DNA from: an uncultured cyanobacterium
GTDB lineage: Bacteria > Cyanobacteriota > Cyanobacteriia > Cyanobacteriales > CAWCAG01
Length of the DNA stretch: 64,000 bases
Direction: 5' to 3'
NCBI GenBank assembly: GCA_963803805.1
Contig: CAWDOD010000003.1
Location: 32,001-96,000 of the forward strand
The notes under the pieces are model-generated. The model was not told where the DNA came from. It saw nothing but the letters and a program-made list of their open reading frames with translations, and did not search any database. Both the position numbers and the translations under genes were made by a program. Of this stretch, positions 17,919-28,558 are shown piece after piece (position 1 is the first letter of the stretch; every line of letters starts with the position of its first letter).

Positions 17919-19223
17919 CTAATTTCTTATTTCGCCATAGAGTTTTTTCTTACTAAAAGAAGCTTGAGATATACCTAATAAAGCAGTTAATACAATCCAG
18001 ACAAAAGTATTAGCTCGAAAATCAAATAAACTGACATCAAATAAGTTAAATAAAACGCAGCTACTAAAAGCAACTAAATAAGTAAAAATAATTAATCTGT
18101 CTTGAGGTGGAAGATGATTATTAGAGTATGTTGTGAGTAAAAAAGTTGCTCTAGCCATAATCCAGCCAACTAGAGTACAGAACAAAATAGTAACAGGAAA
18201 ACCAGCCTCTGCTGCCAACATCAAAAAGAAATTATGGGGATGTCCCAACCAATATTGAGTTTGGGCTTCATAAAGAGGGGTAAAGTTACGCAGCCCCCAA
18301 CCACTCCAAGGGCGTTTTAGGGCTAAATCCCAAGCAAATTGCCATTGAGTTGCCCTCAAGGTGGGTAGGGGACGATTTGTAATAACTTGATCTGACAGTC
18401 TTCCCCAGATATAAAATGGGACAATTTGACGCAAAAACTTCTGTCCCCAAATGGGAACCCAAGAAGCCCAAGCTACTATAGTAGCGGCGGTTGTTGTTGC
18501 CAAAACTAACCAACGCCAACCCAGATATACAGCAAAAGCCAAAAAACTAATTCCCGCAATGCCCCAAGCGTTACGAGAATGGGTCAGAATAATGGCGATT
18601 CCATTGAAAATGAGTACAATAGTTAGAAACCCCAACTGTTTCCCTTGCCTTCTTTTGTACCAAACCTGAAAGGCTTCTACCCACAAACCCAAGTTGAGGT
18701 TGAAAACAATCAAAAGATAAATAGCTAGGATATTGGCGTACATAAATACAGAAGCCATTCTCCCGGTTGGATTGCCTTTAGTGGCTAACGTCCAACCTAC
18801 TATAGCTGAGAATTGTTCTGGGGTAGACCAACCGAAGAATAACTGTCCTAAACCTAAAATCCCGACGGGCAAAGAGGGAATCACCATCAACCAAGCCAAA
18901 CGACGCAACCGGTCTGGGGTTTTAATCAAAGTACTACAGGCAGCTAACAATAGGAAATAGGGAATTATATTAGCTAAACCGAGGAAAGCTTCTAGGGGTT
19001 GGTTAGCTAAGCAACAGCTAACTATTAATCCTAAAGTTAGGACAATGAGTCCCCAATTGAGACGACTGTATTTAATTTGGGGAAAATTATGCCATAAGCT
19101 ACCTAGCAAACTAATCCCAATGGCCACAACTCCTACAACAGGAATTAAAGGGAAGATTAGTACCCCTAGTTGCAGCGATCGCCAAAGCCACTCATACCAT
19201 TTTTTTTTAGTCATGGTTAACAA
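17919..19223 (-). CDS. O-antigen ligase family membrane protein
   Basis: RMASVFMYANILA, LTHSRNAW, RPWSGWGLRNF, HPHNFFLMLAAEAG. Confidence 0.85.
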   Translation of the reverse strand: MLTMTKKKWYEWLWRSLQLGVLIFPLIPVVGVVAIGISLLGSLWHNFPQIKYSRLNWGLIVLTLGLIVSCCLANQPLEAFLGLANIIPYFLLLAACSTLIKTPDRLRRLAWLMVIPSLPVGILGLGQLFFGWSTPEQFSAIVGWTLATKGNPTGRMASVFMYANILAIYLLIVFNLNLGLWVEAFQVWYKRRQGKQLGFLTIVLIFNGIAIILTHSRNAWGIAGISFLAFAVYLGWRWLVLATTTAATIVAWASWVPIWGQKFLRQIVPFYIWGRLSDQVITNRPLPTLRATQWQFAWDLALKRPWSGWGLRNFTPLYEAQTQYWLGHPHNFFLMLAAEAGFPVTILFCTLVGWIMARATFLLTTYSNNHLPPQDRLIIFTYLVAFSSCVLFNLFDVSLFDFRANTFVWIVLTALLGISQASFSKKKLYGEIRN

Positions 19224-19269
19224 AGAAAGCGGAGTAATTAGCAGTTAGCCACTAGCAGTTAGCCATTCC

Positions 19270-20691
19270 CTACCTTTTCAACCAATCTTTCCCTAACTGA
19301 ATTGTCACATCAGAACGTAGAGATCCTGTACTTTCCACCCGGATCTCCCCTATATCCAAATCAGCCTTAACCACCGCGGCCCCAGCATTATCACCGTTTT
19401 GAGCAATAATACGAGTCACTTTTAAAGGTTCCGGCCAATCTTTATCAATATAAACATCGTTATAACCTAATTCTTGTAGTTCTTCTACTAGTCTTCTTAC
19501 CGCCCTGGAACTACCAGTAGAATCCTGAATTGCTACAGTAATATTGGCAGGATCTGTAGTATTTTCTTTTTCGTTTTCTTCCTCATCCCTGTCCCTATCA
19601 CGATCAAAATATTGAGTCGCTAAATCTCTAATCTCATTTTCGTGGGGAATCCAGTAACTAACTCCCTCTCTCCCTGTACCATTAAACTCTCCTGGTAACA
19701 TCATCATTTGTACCTTGGAACGGTCTGTTTGGGAAGCAAAACCTGTTAAAGCTACTAATTCTTCTACACTCAAATTAGTATCAATGTGAGACTTAATTAC
19801 CTCAATAATCTTTGGGACTCTAACTATTACCCCAGGATTAAGACTTTGTTCTACAATTGCCCGCATTAAGGTTTGTTGCCTTTGTACCCTACCGATATCT
19901 CCATATTCATCGTAGCGGAAGCGGAGAAACTGCATCGCTTCTTCCCCATCCAAATGCTGTTTCCCTTTTTTTAGGTTAATGTAGAGGTGTTGACTATCAT
20001 CTTGATACTTCATATCCTTGGGGACATAAACTGTCACTCCTCCCAAGGCATCAATCAGCTTTTCTACCCCTTGAACGTTGACCCTGATATAGCGGTCAAT
20101 CTCGACTCCTCCAACTAGTTCGCTAATAGCTTTTGCGGCTAAAGCTGGGCCACCATGATAATTCGCTTCATTAATTTTCGTCGTGCCATGATCTTCAATA
20201 TAAGCGCGAGTATCACGGGGAATTGATAAGACAGTGAGGTTTTCTTCCTTGGGGTCAAACCTCAACAAAAGCATGGTATCCGATAGCCCATCAAAAGAAT
20301 TAACTAAAGCGTGGTAGCCTTCTTTTTCTTCTGGAGGTTCATCTAAATCTGAGGTTAGCACTTTAGTACCCAGCAGCAAGATATTAACTGGCCGCGTCAA
20401 CTCCGGCAAGCGCAAACTCTTGCGAGAAATAGAGCCGCCTTTGCCAAAAATAGCCTCTTCCTCCGGAGTTAATTCAGTTTGTAGCAAAGGGGTAGCATTA
20501 ATCGAAACAGCCAAAATTGCTCCAGCAGTCGCTGAAAGCATGGCAACTCCTGTTAAACCAAGCCAAATCCACAACCAACGGGCTTTAGGAGGTTGCTTTC
20601 TTTTCACATAGTGAGTTGTTTTCTTGGCACGGGCGCTTCTCGGCGCTTTACCCGAAATCTTATTTGCTGGCACTGGCTTCCTCACACACAA
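19270..20691 (-). CDS. LCP (LytR/CpsA/Psr) family protein with LytR C-terminal domain
   Basis: SDTMLL, SIPRDT, KINEA, RFRYDEYGDIGRVQRQQ. Confidence 0.92.
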   Translation of the reverse strand: MCVRKPVPANKISGKAPRSARAKKTTHYVKRKQPPKARWLWIWLGLTGVAMLSATAGAILAVSINATPLLQTELTPEEEAIFGKGGSISRKSLRLPELTRPVNILLLGTKVLTSDLDEPPEEKEGYHALVNSFDGLSDTMLLLRFDPKEENLTVLSIPRDTRAYIEDHGTTKINEANYHGGPALAAKAISELVGGVEIDRYIRVNVQGVEKLIDALGGVTVYVPKDMKYQDDSQHLYINLKKGKQHLDGEEAMQFLRFRYDEYGDIGRVQRQQTLMRAIVEQSLNPGVIVRVPKIIEVIKSHIDTNLSVEELVALTGFASQTDRSKVQMMMLPGEFNGTGREGVSYWIPHENEIRDLATQYFDRDRDRDEEENEKENTTDPANITVAIQDSTGSSRAVRRLVEELQELGYNDVYIDKDWPEPLKVTRIIAQNGDNAGAAVVKADLDIGEIRVESTGSLRSDVTIQLGKDWLKR

Positions 20692-20736
20692 AAATAAAGT
20701 TTGAAGGCGGTTGAGTCGTTAGGGGCAAAAGCATCC

Positions 20737-21117
20737 CTATGATGATAAATATTTACGGACAAAACCCTCAGCAATCCTACTAAAAAGAGGAAGGCGAGGA
20801 GATTTACGCTTCCACAGACGCACCATCAAACCCAGACATACCAAAAAGTAACCAGAGGTTAACATACTATTGATAAATAATAAACGCATTGTGGCAAATT
20901 CTGTCGTTTGGGCTGACCCTATCCATAACAAAGAGTAAGCAATGAGCCAACTTAAGGCTAAGGTTACAGATAAGCGACTAACTTTTTTTTGCTCCTTGCT
21001 TCCCTTGCTACTGTACAGTGTCCACAAAGAAGGTAGAAGACCTAGCACAGGGACTAAATAAATAAAGAGTTGTAATTGCTTGAGATTTTCTTCTTGAAAA
21101 GGGTCTTTATCTGCCAT
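20737..21117 (-). CDS. Conserved cyanobacterial membrane protein
   Basis: Three hydrophobic segments; compact ORF co-oriented with LCP gene. Confidence 0.65.
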   Translation of the reverse strand: MADKDPFQEENLKQLQLFIYLVPVLGLLPSLWTLYSSKGSKEQKKVSRLSVTLALSWLIAYSLLWIGSAQTTEFATMRLLFINSMLTSGYFLVCLGLMVRLWKRKSPRLPLFSRIAEGFVRKYLSS

Positions 21118-21210
21118 AGTTGATCAAAGGTCAAAGGCTGGCTAACCAAAGTCTAGCAACTAAGGGGCAAAATCGTCTCTATCCAGTTCAAATTTCCCTG
21201 ATCTGCCATT

Positions 21211-21819
21211 ATGGAATCTCCATTAGTCCCCTCTCTTACTGCTCTAATTTTAGCTGGAGGGAAAAGTTCTCGTTTGGGTCAAGATAAAGCTCTTCTCCTT
21301 GTAGATAATGAACCAATGTTGCACTGCATTTGTCAGGTTGCTAAGGGATGTAGTCATCAAGTTTATGTGGTTACTTCTCGGCCAGAAAAATACCAAGAAA
21401 TTGTTCCAGAAGATTGTGATTTTATTCAAGAAAAATCTCCCGATGGCCCTTTGGTTGCCTTTGGACAAGCTTTGCCCCAAGTAAAGACGGATTGGGTGTT
21501 GGTACTTGCCTGTGATCTCCCTAAATTAACAGCAACAATATTAAATAAATGGGCTACCAATTTAACTAGTATCTCCTCAGAAATAATTGCCTTTCTCCCG
21601 CGATATAACAAGGGTTGGCAACCTTTAAGCGGTTTTTATCGTTCTAGCTGTTTGCCTGGGCTACAAGCTTATTTACAAGCAGGTGGGAGGTCTTTTCAAG
21701 GTTGGTTGGAGCAGCATCCTGTTCAAGAAATACCTGTTGAGGATAGTGAAGTTTTATTCAACTGCAACACTCCCGAAGATTTAGCCAACTTAAGGAAGGG
21801 GCAATGTCTCGAACTCTAG
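21211..21819 (+). CDS. mobA: Molybdenum cofactor guanylyltransferase
   Basis: [32 protein letters not shown]. Confidence 0.92.
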   Translation: MESPLVPSLTALILAGGKSSRLGQDKALLLVDNEPMLHCICQVAKGCSHQVYVVTSRPEKYQEIVPEDCDFIQEKSPDGPLVAFGQALPQVKTDWVLVLACDLPKLTATILNKWATNLTSISSEIIAFLPRYNKGWQPLSGFYRSSCLPGLQAYLQAGGRSFQGWLEQHPVQEIPVEDSEVLFNCNTPEDLANLRKGQCLEL

Positions 21820-22910
21820 TAGTTAAAATTGGTACATCTAGCCTAACTCATCCAGACACAGGACAATTAGCCCTAGCTACCATCGGTTCATTAGTAGAAA
21901 CCCTAAGTCATTTGCGCTCAGCAGGGGACCGCCTTATCCTAGTTTCTTCCGGGGCAGTGGGGGTTGGTTGCACCCGTCTCGGACTAAAAGAAAGACCAAA
22001 AACAATGGCTGTTAAGCAAGCTGTAGCTGCCGTAGGACAAGGAAGGCTAATGCGAGTATACGATGATTTGTTCACCACCTTGCAACAACCCATTGCTCAA
22101 GTTCTACTCACTCGCCGCGATTTTATAGATAGAAGTTGTTATGTTAATGCTCGCAATACTTTTCAAGAATTGCTGCAATTAGGGGTGATTCCCATTGTTA
22201 ATGAAAACGATACAGTCGCTGTAGAAGAGCTTAAATTTGGCGATAACGACACCCTCTCAGCATTGGTTGCTAGCTTAGTAGAAGCAGATTGGCTCTTTCT
22301 TCTAACTGATGTTGACGGACTTTACGCTGCTGATCCCCGTCAATTTCCTCAAGCCCTTCCTATTAGCTTAGTTAGTGCAGAAGAATTAGCTCAGTTAAAA
22401 GTAGAGGTGGGTTCTAGCGGCTCCCAATGGGGAACTGGAGGGATGGTAACTAAATTAGCAGCAGCCCGCATTGCTACTGGTACAGGAGTAAGAACAGTAA
22501 TTACTAAAGGTTCTCGCCCTCACCAAATTGCTCAAATTTTGCAAGGTAACCTCATCGGCACTCAATTTGAGCCTCAACCCCGTAATGAAAAAGCTCGTAA
22601 GCGCTGGATTGCCCATGGTTTAGTACCTGTAGGCAAACTTTACCTCGACTCAGGAGCGGTAAAAGCTATTTGCCAAGGTGGGAAGTCTTTACTAGCCCCA
22701 GGAGTCACCCAAGTAGAAGGGGATTTCCAAGCTTCCGAGGCAGTACAGTTAATTAACGGGCAAAATCAAGAAATTGCCAGAGGCATTGTTAATTATAGTA
22801 GTGCAGAAATTAAACTTATTAAAGGACATCGTTCCGAAGAAATCCCCGAAATTCTGGGTTATGTAGGAGCAGAAACCGTAATTCACCGCGATAATCTGGT
22901 GGTAGGTTAA
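21804..22910 (+). CDS. proB: Glutamate 5-kinase with PUA domain
   Basis: [44 protein letters not shown]. Confidence 0.97.
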   Translation: MSRTLVVKIGTSSLTHPDTGQLALATIGSLVETLSHLRSAGDRLILVSSGAVGVGCTRLGLKERPKTMAVKQAVAAVGQGRLMRVYDDLFTTLQQPIAQVLLTRRDFIDRSCYVNARNTFQELLQLGVIPIVNENDTVAVEELKFGDNDTLSALVASLVEADWLFLLTDVDGLYAADPRQFPQALPISLVSAEELAQLKVEVGSSGSQWGTGGMVTKLAAARIATGTGVRTVITKGSRPHQIAQILQGNLIGTQFEPQPRNEKARKRWIAHGLVPVGKLYLDSGAVKAICQGGKSLLAPGVTQVEGDFQASEAVQLINGQNQEIARGIVNYSSAEIKLIKGHRSEEIPEILGYVGAETVIHRDNLVVG

Positions 22911-23068
22911 AAGATTTAGTTAGGGAGATTTAGTTAGGGAGATTGAGAAATTAAGGAGCAAATGTTAGTAGGAACAATAACTATCAAGGTGGTTAACAAC
23001 AGAAACACAGTCATCAATAATAAAAACAATCTTTTCTCTCTTTTTACCCTAACCTCACCTTCAACTAA

Positions 23069-24017
23069 TTAAAATCCTCTTAAAGTTTCTGGCGGTGCAA
23101 CATTGGTTTCCGGTTCAGGGGTAGTATTGCTATACCTTGAAGAAGAAGATATAGATTCTTCTGAAGTGGTGGAAATATCTGGTTCTACAGAAACATTAGA
23201 AGCTCCTTGGTTGCCCATCCAAGCTAAACCTCCTAAAGAACCCGCCACCATAGCAGTGTAGCCGATATAAAGGTGAGCTAATTTAATATCCATTCCCGAA
23301 CCAGACTTAGAGCAGTTCCAAGAAGGAAGAACGGAATCCTCTTTTGGTTCTGGTAAAGAGGAAACAAGCTTAACTCCATTTAAACCTAAAGCATTACCAA
23401 GGCGGCGCACAAAACCCCGAACATAAATATCCTCTGCTGGGTTATGAGCTATCCCTGCTTCAATTGCTTCAATTTGATGGATAGGAACTAAGGTTTGGTT
23501 GTTTAGCTGTCTAATAGAAATAGACTGGGCTTGGCGAGTTTCTTTTAAAAGATGACCGACTTTGCGGAACTGTTGCTCTCTGTTTTGTATTTCTTCTTGT
23601 CTTGCCAATTTCTTTACTTTGGTATGTTTTTTCGGTAAAGGTATGGTTGCGCCAATCAGGCCTTTCTAAGCGTTTAGTTGACGCATTTGATTCCTCTGAA
23701 AAGGATGGTTCAGAAGGAAATAAAGATACCGGCGCTTCAGGAATTTGGCTAGGAGAAGTTTCTTGAGCCAAAGTTTGACTCTGGGCCGCGACTTGCTTGA
23801 TAGTCAGCTTAATTGCCTCTCGCCCTACCGTTTGAACCACGGTTTCGGCTAGTTGGCTATTTTTACCAAATAGAGGTTTTAACTTAGCTATCGCTTGGCG
23901 ACAAACTTCACTTTCTAGCAGTTGGGATTCTATTTTGTTCAGGATTGAGAGCAATCCTGTCTCAGGGATGGCTATTTTTGATGTTTGGTTCATTTTGACA
24001 AAAGACGATGAGTACAA
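23069..24017 (-). pseudogene. RodZ-like HTH protein, apparently frameshifted near 23660
   Basis: C-terminal ORF has an XRE-type HTH (IHQIEAIEAG..YVRGFVRRLGNALGL) plus TM; overlapping upstream ORF in another frame. Confidence 0.6.
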
Positions 24018-24158
24018 ATCCCATAGCTTTCTGTTGTTAACACCAGCTTAGGTGTGTCCGATACTCTTTCCTGGGATAGGGGAAACATTCCGGATCGATA
24101 GACTAGAGATTAGCTTTTTTTACTGGCATTTCCTGGTTATTACTTAATTTACTTCAAC

Positions 24159-24194
24159 AAAAATGCGCCTTGCATCAGTAAAAGCAAAGCGCAT
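24159..24194 (-). terminator. Probable terminator downstream of ssrA
   Basis: ATGCGC..TTGC/GCAA..GCGCAT stem followed by a T-run on the minus strand. Confidence 0.5.
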
Positions 24195-24211
24195 CCAGTA
24201 TTTATAAGTAA

Positions 24212-24606
24212 TGGAGCCGAGCAGAGTCGAACTGCTGTCCAAATTGGCTATTGACTTTCTATTCGTTCACAGGCTTAGCCCTTTTAACCCTTAAGGCGGG
24301 GATCGACCTTTATCCCGGACGATAGGATTCTCTAGTAAGTTCTTAGGTTTTTACTTGACCAGAGGCAGAGTAAAAACAGCATCCGTTGGGGTTATATCCG
24401 CAGCCCTTAACGGAGTCAGACTACAGATGCTCGGACCTATAAGAGGTTTTTTTTAGGCAACAGCAACAGCAGTTGTCTTACGAGCAAAAGGAACGATGTT
24501 GTTCGCATTTACATTGTTTTTGAATCTTGTATTTACGAGAGGAGATTCACTCTCGACCTGAATCACAGATAAGTTTTCACCAACTTGTCGAAACCGTGAC
24601 GGCCCC
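24212..24606 (-). ncRNA. ssrA: tmRNA; tag peptide ANNIVPFARKTTAVAVA* (24506-24453)
   Basis: 5' GGGGCCGTCACGGTTTCGAC, 3' GGACAGCAGTTCGACTCTGCTCGGCTCCA; cyanobacterial-type tag reading frame. Confidence 0.97.
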
Positions 24607-24767
24607 TTGGGTAGGTTGTGCTTACTAGTATAACAAGATTATTTGTTAGTGAACTTTGTTCCCGACTCCAAAATTAGCAAATGTTTCAACACAAAACCTA
24701 TAATTGAAACTCAGTAGTAAAATAGAACTCAGAATTTAAACAATCCGGTGTTGTGGAGGGAAAAACG

Positions 24768-25622
24768 TTGGATGAACTCAGACCCGCGCTGGAATTAGGC
24801 ACTGAAGAAGAATTACAACAGCTTACCCATATTCTTTTCTGTCGTAAATTTAATCCCCTCGATTATTTCCAGAGCGTAGATCCTTTAGATGTCCAGAGCA
24901 AGGATAGAGAAATTTGGTTAGACAGCCTAGAACAGCGATTTCGCTACTTAGCTGCTGACGGCTTGACTGTTTTGCGAGGGCAAGCCCAAGAAGTCAGTTA
25001 TAGACAAATACTTATTCAAGTTTGTCGTTACCTAAAAATTCCCTATTCTGAACAATTATCTACTACAGATATTGAAGCAGAAATATTTTTACATTTAGTG
25101 GGTAAAGCTTGGCAAAAATTACCACCACAGGAGAAGCGTTGTTTAACAGCTAAGGTACAGAAATCCTTAGCTCAGTCTAAGTTCCCTGAACCTCTACCTA
25201 TACAATTGCAACATAACCCCATTAATATTTTCCTCAAAGGTAGTAGTGTTGTCGCTGTTAGTTCAGTGCTTAAACCTTTGATACTACAGCAAATCGCCCG
25301 CCAGTTTGCCATCCATTTTGCTAGTTATCAAGTGGCTAGGAACGCTATGATTAAAGGCGGTGCGGCTGCGACTGCTCAGTTTCAGAGCCATCTAGCGATG
25401 CAAGCAGCAAGGAGAGGTATGGCTATAACCACAGCCCGCCACGCAGCAATGAGAGGAGTTTTTGCCATGGTAGGGCCTTTGTTATGGGGCTGTTTTATGG
25501 CTGATTTAGGCTGGCGGGCGATCGCCACTAATTATGGGCGGATTATTCCGACTATTTTCGCCTTAGCACAAATACGTTTGATTCGCGGCGCTGCTTGGGA
25601 AACAGTAGATGTGCTTTGCTGA
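24768..25622 (+). CDS. YaaW family protein
   Basis: DELR.ALEL.TEEELQQL, RFRYLAADG, IATNYGRIIP; TTG start after GGAGG. Confidence 0.8.
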   Translation: MDELRPALELGTEEELQQLTHILFCRKFNPLDYFQSVDPLDVQSKDREIWLDSLEQRFRYLAADGLTVLRGQAQEVSYRQILIQVCRYLKIPYSEQLSTTDIEAEIFLHLVGKAWQKLPPQEKRCLTAKVQKSLAQSKFPEPLPIQLQHNPINIFLKGSSVVAVSSVLKPLILQQIARQFAIHFASYQVARNAMIKGGAAATAQFQSHLAMQAARRGMAITTARHAAMRGVFAMVGPLLWGCFMADLGWRAIATNYGRIIPTIFALAQIRLIRGAAWETVDVLC

Positions 25623-25714
25623 TCAATGATGCTTAAAGGCAACGGTAAAGCCGTACAGTTATCAGTTATTATCTGTTTCTACGGCGACTGGCAATAGTTA
25701 TCGGCTTTTTAATA

Positions 25715-26539
25715 ATGACTTCTTCAGCTTCGTTTCCTAACTTAAACCAACAGATTCTCACTTCTCAAAATGGTCTACCGACGATGTACGATCTTCCGAG
25801 TGAAAATCCAGAGGAACCCGGTTTGCCTGACGAATTTCATTTCTTCCAACCCCTACTACTTTATTTAACCTTTCTCCCCACCACTTGGGCTAAAGATTCA
25901 ATCTACAGTGCCACAGATATGAATCTTTACTACGATCTTCAGCATACTCAATGGTACAAACGCCCTGACTGGTTTGGGGTTGTGGGTGTGTCGAGATTGT
26001 ATAAAGGGGAAGATATGCGCTTAAGTTATGTAACTTGGCAAGAGGAAGCTAACCCCTTGGTGGTAGTAGAATTGTTATCTCCTGGTACAGAAGCTGAAGA
26101 TTTAGGAGAAACGACTAGTAAACGAGGGGAACCACCCACAAAATGGGAAGTATACGAACAGATATTACAAGTTCCTTACTACATCGTCTTTAGCCGTTAT
26201 ACAAACCAAATTAAAGCCTTTCAACTTAGGGAAGGAAAATACCAGGAAGTTGACTTAAACCAAGGGCGTTTAGTTGTACCAGAGTTGGGTTTAAGTTTGG
26301 GTACTTGGCGAGGAGAATTTAGGGGCATAGAAAGGTTATGGCTACGCTGGTTGACCTGGGAAGGAGAGTTGATTCCTGTACCCACAGAAGAGATAATTGA
26401 GGCTCAACAAGAGGCGATCGAGGCGCGACAGGAAGCTTTTGAAGCTAAACAGAGAGCCTTTGAAGCCCAATTAAAAGCAGAACAATTCGCTGCTAAATTA
26501 AGGGAGTTGGGAATAGATCCTGATAAGCTGAATTTATAA
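25715..26539 (+). CDS. Uma2 family endonuclease-like protein
   Basis: LPTMYDLPSE, KRPDWFGVVG, VELLSPGT; heptad C-terminal tail ending LRELGIDPD. Confidence 0.9.
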   Translation: MTSSASFPNLNQQILTSQNGLPTMYDLPSENPEEPGLPDEFHFFQPLLLYLTFLPTTWAKDSIYSATDMNLYYDLQHTQWYKRPDWFGVVGVSRLYKGEDMRLSYVTWQEEANPLVVVELLSPGTEAEDLGETTSKRGEPPTKWEVYEQILQVPYYIVFSRYTNQIKAFQLREGKYQEVDLNQGRLVVPELGLSLGTWRGEFRGIERLWLRWLTWEGELIPVPTEEIIEAQQEAIEARQEAFEAKQRAFEAQLKAEQFAAKLRELGIDPDKLNL

Positions 26540-26575
26540 GTACAAGAGTATTCCTGGCAGGTTAGTATTATTCCT

Positions 26576-28279
26576 ATGATTAATTCCGATCAACCCCTTG
26601 GTTCAGTAATTCAAGGTTCCCTTAGCCAGGGCTTAGAAATACGCTTGCACCCAGATGTATTGGTAGAAGATATGCGGGTGGGTAAATTCCTGGTTGTACA
26701 GGGGATGCGATCGAGGTTTTTTTGTCTCCTTACCGATGTTACTTTAGGAACTGCCAGTCAAAGGATCATGGCAAATCCTCCCAGTCCCCAAGATGACTTT
26801 TTGCGGGAAGTTTTAGCAGGTAGTGGAACCTATGGCATGGTGAATCTTTCGCCGATGTTGATGTTTACTCCCACCACAGGCAATTCTCAAGCAACACCAA
26901 TAGATACCTCTCTAGCTTCCTTTCAAGCCCAAACCAGCAGCGAAATAGAATTACTACCAGTTAAAACTATCCCCAGCCATTTTAGTCAAGTTTATGAAGC
27001 TAGTGAAGGGGACTTTCGGGCTGTTTTTGGTTGGGAAGATGACCCTACCAGGAAAAACTTCTCCATTGGCAAACCTTTAGACATGGATGTGCCAGTTTGT
27101 TTAGATTTAGACCGTTTTATTGAGCGTAGTAACGGAGTTTTTGGTAAATCTGGTACGGGTAAATCCTTCCTCACTCGCCTGTTAATTTCCGGCATCATTC
27201 GCAAGCAAGCAGCAGTTAATTTGATGTTTGATATGCACTCGGAATATGGTTGGGAGGCCGTTAGTGAAGGGAAGCAATTTAGTACTGTTAAGGGGTTGCG
27301 ACAGCTTTTTCCAGGACAGGTAGAAATTTATACCTTAGACCCGGAAGCTACCAAAAGGCGAGGAGTGAGAGATGCTCAAGAACTTTATCTTGGTTACGAT
27401 CAAATTGAACTTGAAGATCTACGATTAGTTAGTCGTGAGCTAAGTTTATCCGATGCTAGTATCGACAATGCGAATATTCTCCTGGCAGAATATGGTAAAC
27501 ATTGGATTATTAGCCTCTTGAATATGACCAATGAGGATATTGAGATGTTTTGTGAGGAAAAGCAAGGACATAAAGGTTCGATCATGGCACTGCAACGTAA
27601 GTTGATGCGCCTCGATAGTTTGAAGTATCTGCGTTCGAGTTGTCCTCGTAATTACATTGATCAAATCCTGCAATCCCTTGATGCTGGGAAGCACGTTGTG
27701 GTTGAGTTTGGTTCCCAATCCAATCTGCTTTCTTATATGTTAGTCACCAATATGATGACTAGGCGCATTCATTACAATTACGTTAGGAAAGCAGACAAAT
27801 TTCTCCAAAGCAAGAATCCTCAAGATCGTCCTCGCCCTTTAGTAATTACCATTGAAGAAGCCCATCGTTTCCTCGATTCAGCGATTGTTAACCAAACTAT
27901 CTTTGGTACTATTGCTAGGGAAATGCGTAAATATTTTGTCACCCTGTTAATTGTAGATCAGCGTCCTTCTGGTATTGATAATGAGGTGATGTCCCAAGTA
28001 GGTACTCGCATCACCTGTTTGCTTAATGATGATAAAGACATTGATGCTATCTTCACAGGAGTTTCCGGGGCTAGTAGTTTGCGTTCTGTGTTAGCTAAAC
28101 TTGATTCTAAGCAACAGGCTTTAGTATTGGGTCATGCTGTCCCCATGCCAGTTGTGGTACGCACCCGTCCTTATGACCAAACTTTTTACGCTGAAATTGG
28201 TGATACAGATTGGGGAGAAATGCCGGATGAGGAAGTTTTTGCAGCCGCTGAAATAGGTAAGGCAGATTTAGGATTTTAG
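26576..28279 (+). CDS. HerA-like ATPase (HAS-barrel + DUF87)
   Basis: GKSGTGKS Walker A, FDMHSEYG, IEEAH Walker B, IAREMRKY, DQRPS. Confidence 0.9.
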   Translation: MINSDQPLGSVIQGSLSQGLEIRLHPDVLVEDMRVGKFLVVQGMRSRFFCLLTDVTLGTASQRIMANPPSPQDDFLREVLAGSGTYGMVNLSPMLMFTPTTGNSQATPIDTSLASFQAQTSSEIELLPVKTIPSHFSQVYEASEGDFRAVFGWEDDPTRKNFSIGKPLDMDVPVCLDLDRFIERSNGVFGKSGTGKSFLTRLLISGIIRKQAAVNLMFDMHSEYGWEAVSEGKQFSTVKGLRQLFPGQVEIYTLDPEATKRRGVRDAQELYLGYDQIELEDLRLVSRELSLSDASIDNANILLAEYGKHWIISLLNMTNEDIEMFCEEKQGHKGSIMALQRKLMRLDSLKYLRSSCPRNYIDQILQSLDAGKHVVVEFGSQSNLLSYMLVTNMMTRRIHYNYVRKADKFLQSKNPQDRPRPLVITIEEAHRFLDSAIVNQTIFGTIAREMRKYFVTLLIVDQRPSGIDNEVMSQVGTRITCLLNDDKDIDAIFTGVSGASSLRSVLAKLDSKQQALVLGHAVPMPVVVRTRPYDQTFYAEIGDTDWGEMPDEEVFAAAEIGKADLGF

Positions 28280-28390
28280 TTATTAGACATCTCCACCCTA
28301 TTTTTCTCTTTTAACTATTCAAGTTAATTAATCTACCACCAATGAAAAAGTTTGACTTTCTAGGAAGTTAGTGTTAGATTGCTATGACAC

Positions 28391-28443
28391 AAAAAAAGGA
28401 GAGCCACTTACGTAACTCTCCCAGTCATCAGGGTGCATCTACT
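28391..28443 (-). ncRNA. Candidate ~53-nt sRNA with NsiR1-like 5' motif
   Basis: TATTAT -10 box 7 nt upstream of AGTAGATGCACCCTGATGACTG, then GGAGAGTTAC-GTAA-GTGGCTCTCC-T7 terminator. Confidence 0.55.
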
Positions 28444-28558
28444 AAAATACATAATATCATAGGGGGAGAGGTATGTCACCCCCTATGTGCATTTTTAACT
28501 AAGTTTTTTAGGAAGAAAAAGAAAGTAATAGTTCTAAGGCTGCGTAAATTCTAGTAGT

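Noticed and set aside
24212-24606. ssrA as an island integration site
   Set aside because: No duplicated 3' fragment or adjacent integrase seen; flanking genes are ordinary cyanobacterial genes.
25715-28279. Uma2 + HerA as a nuclease-ATPase defence pair
   Set aside because: Uma2 paralogs are scattered through cyanobacterial genomes and this HerA looks like the conserved housekeeping type; no Sir2 or NurA partner is adjacent.
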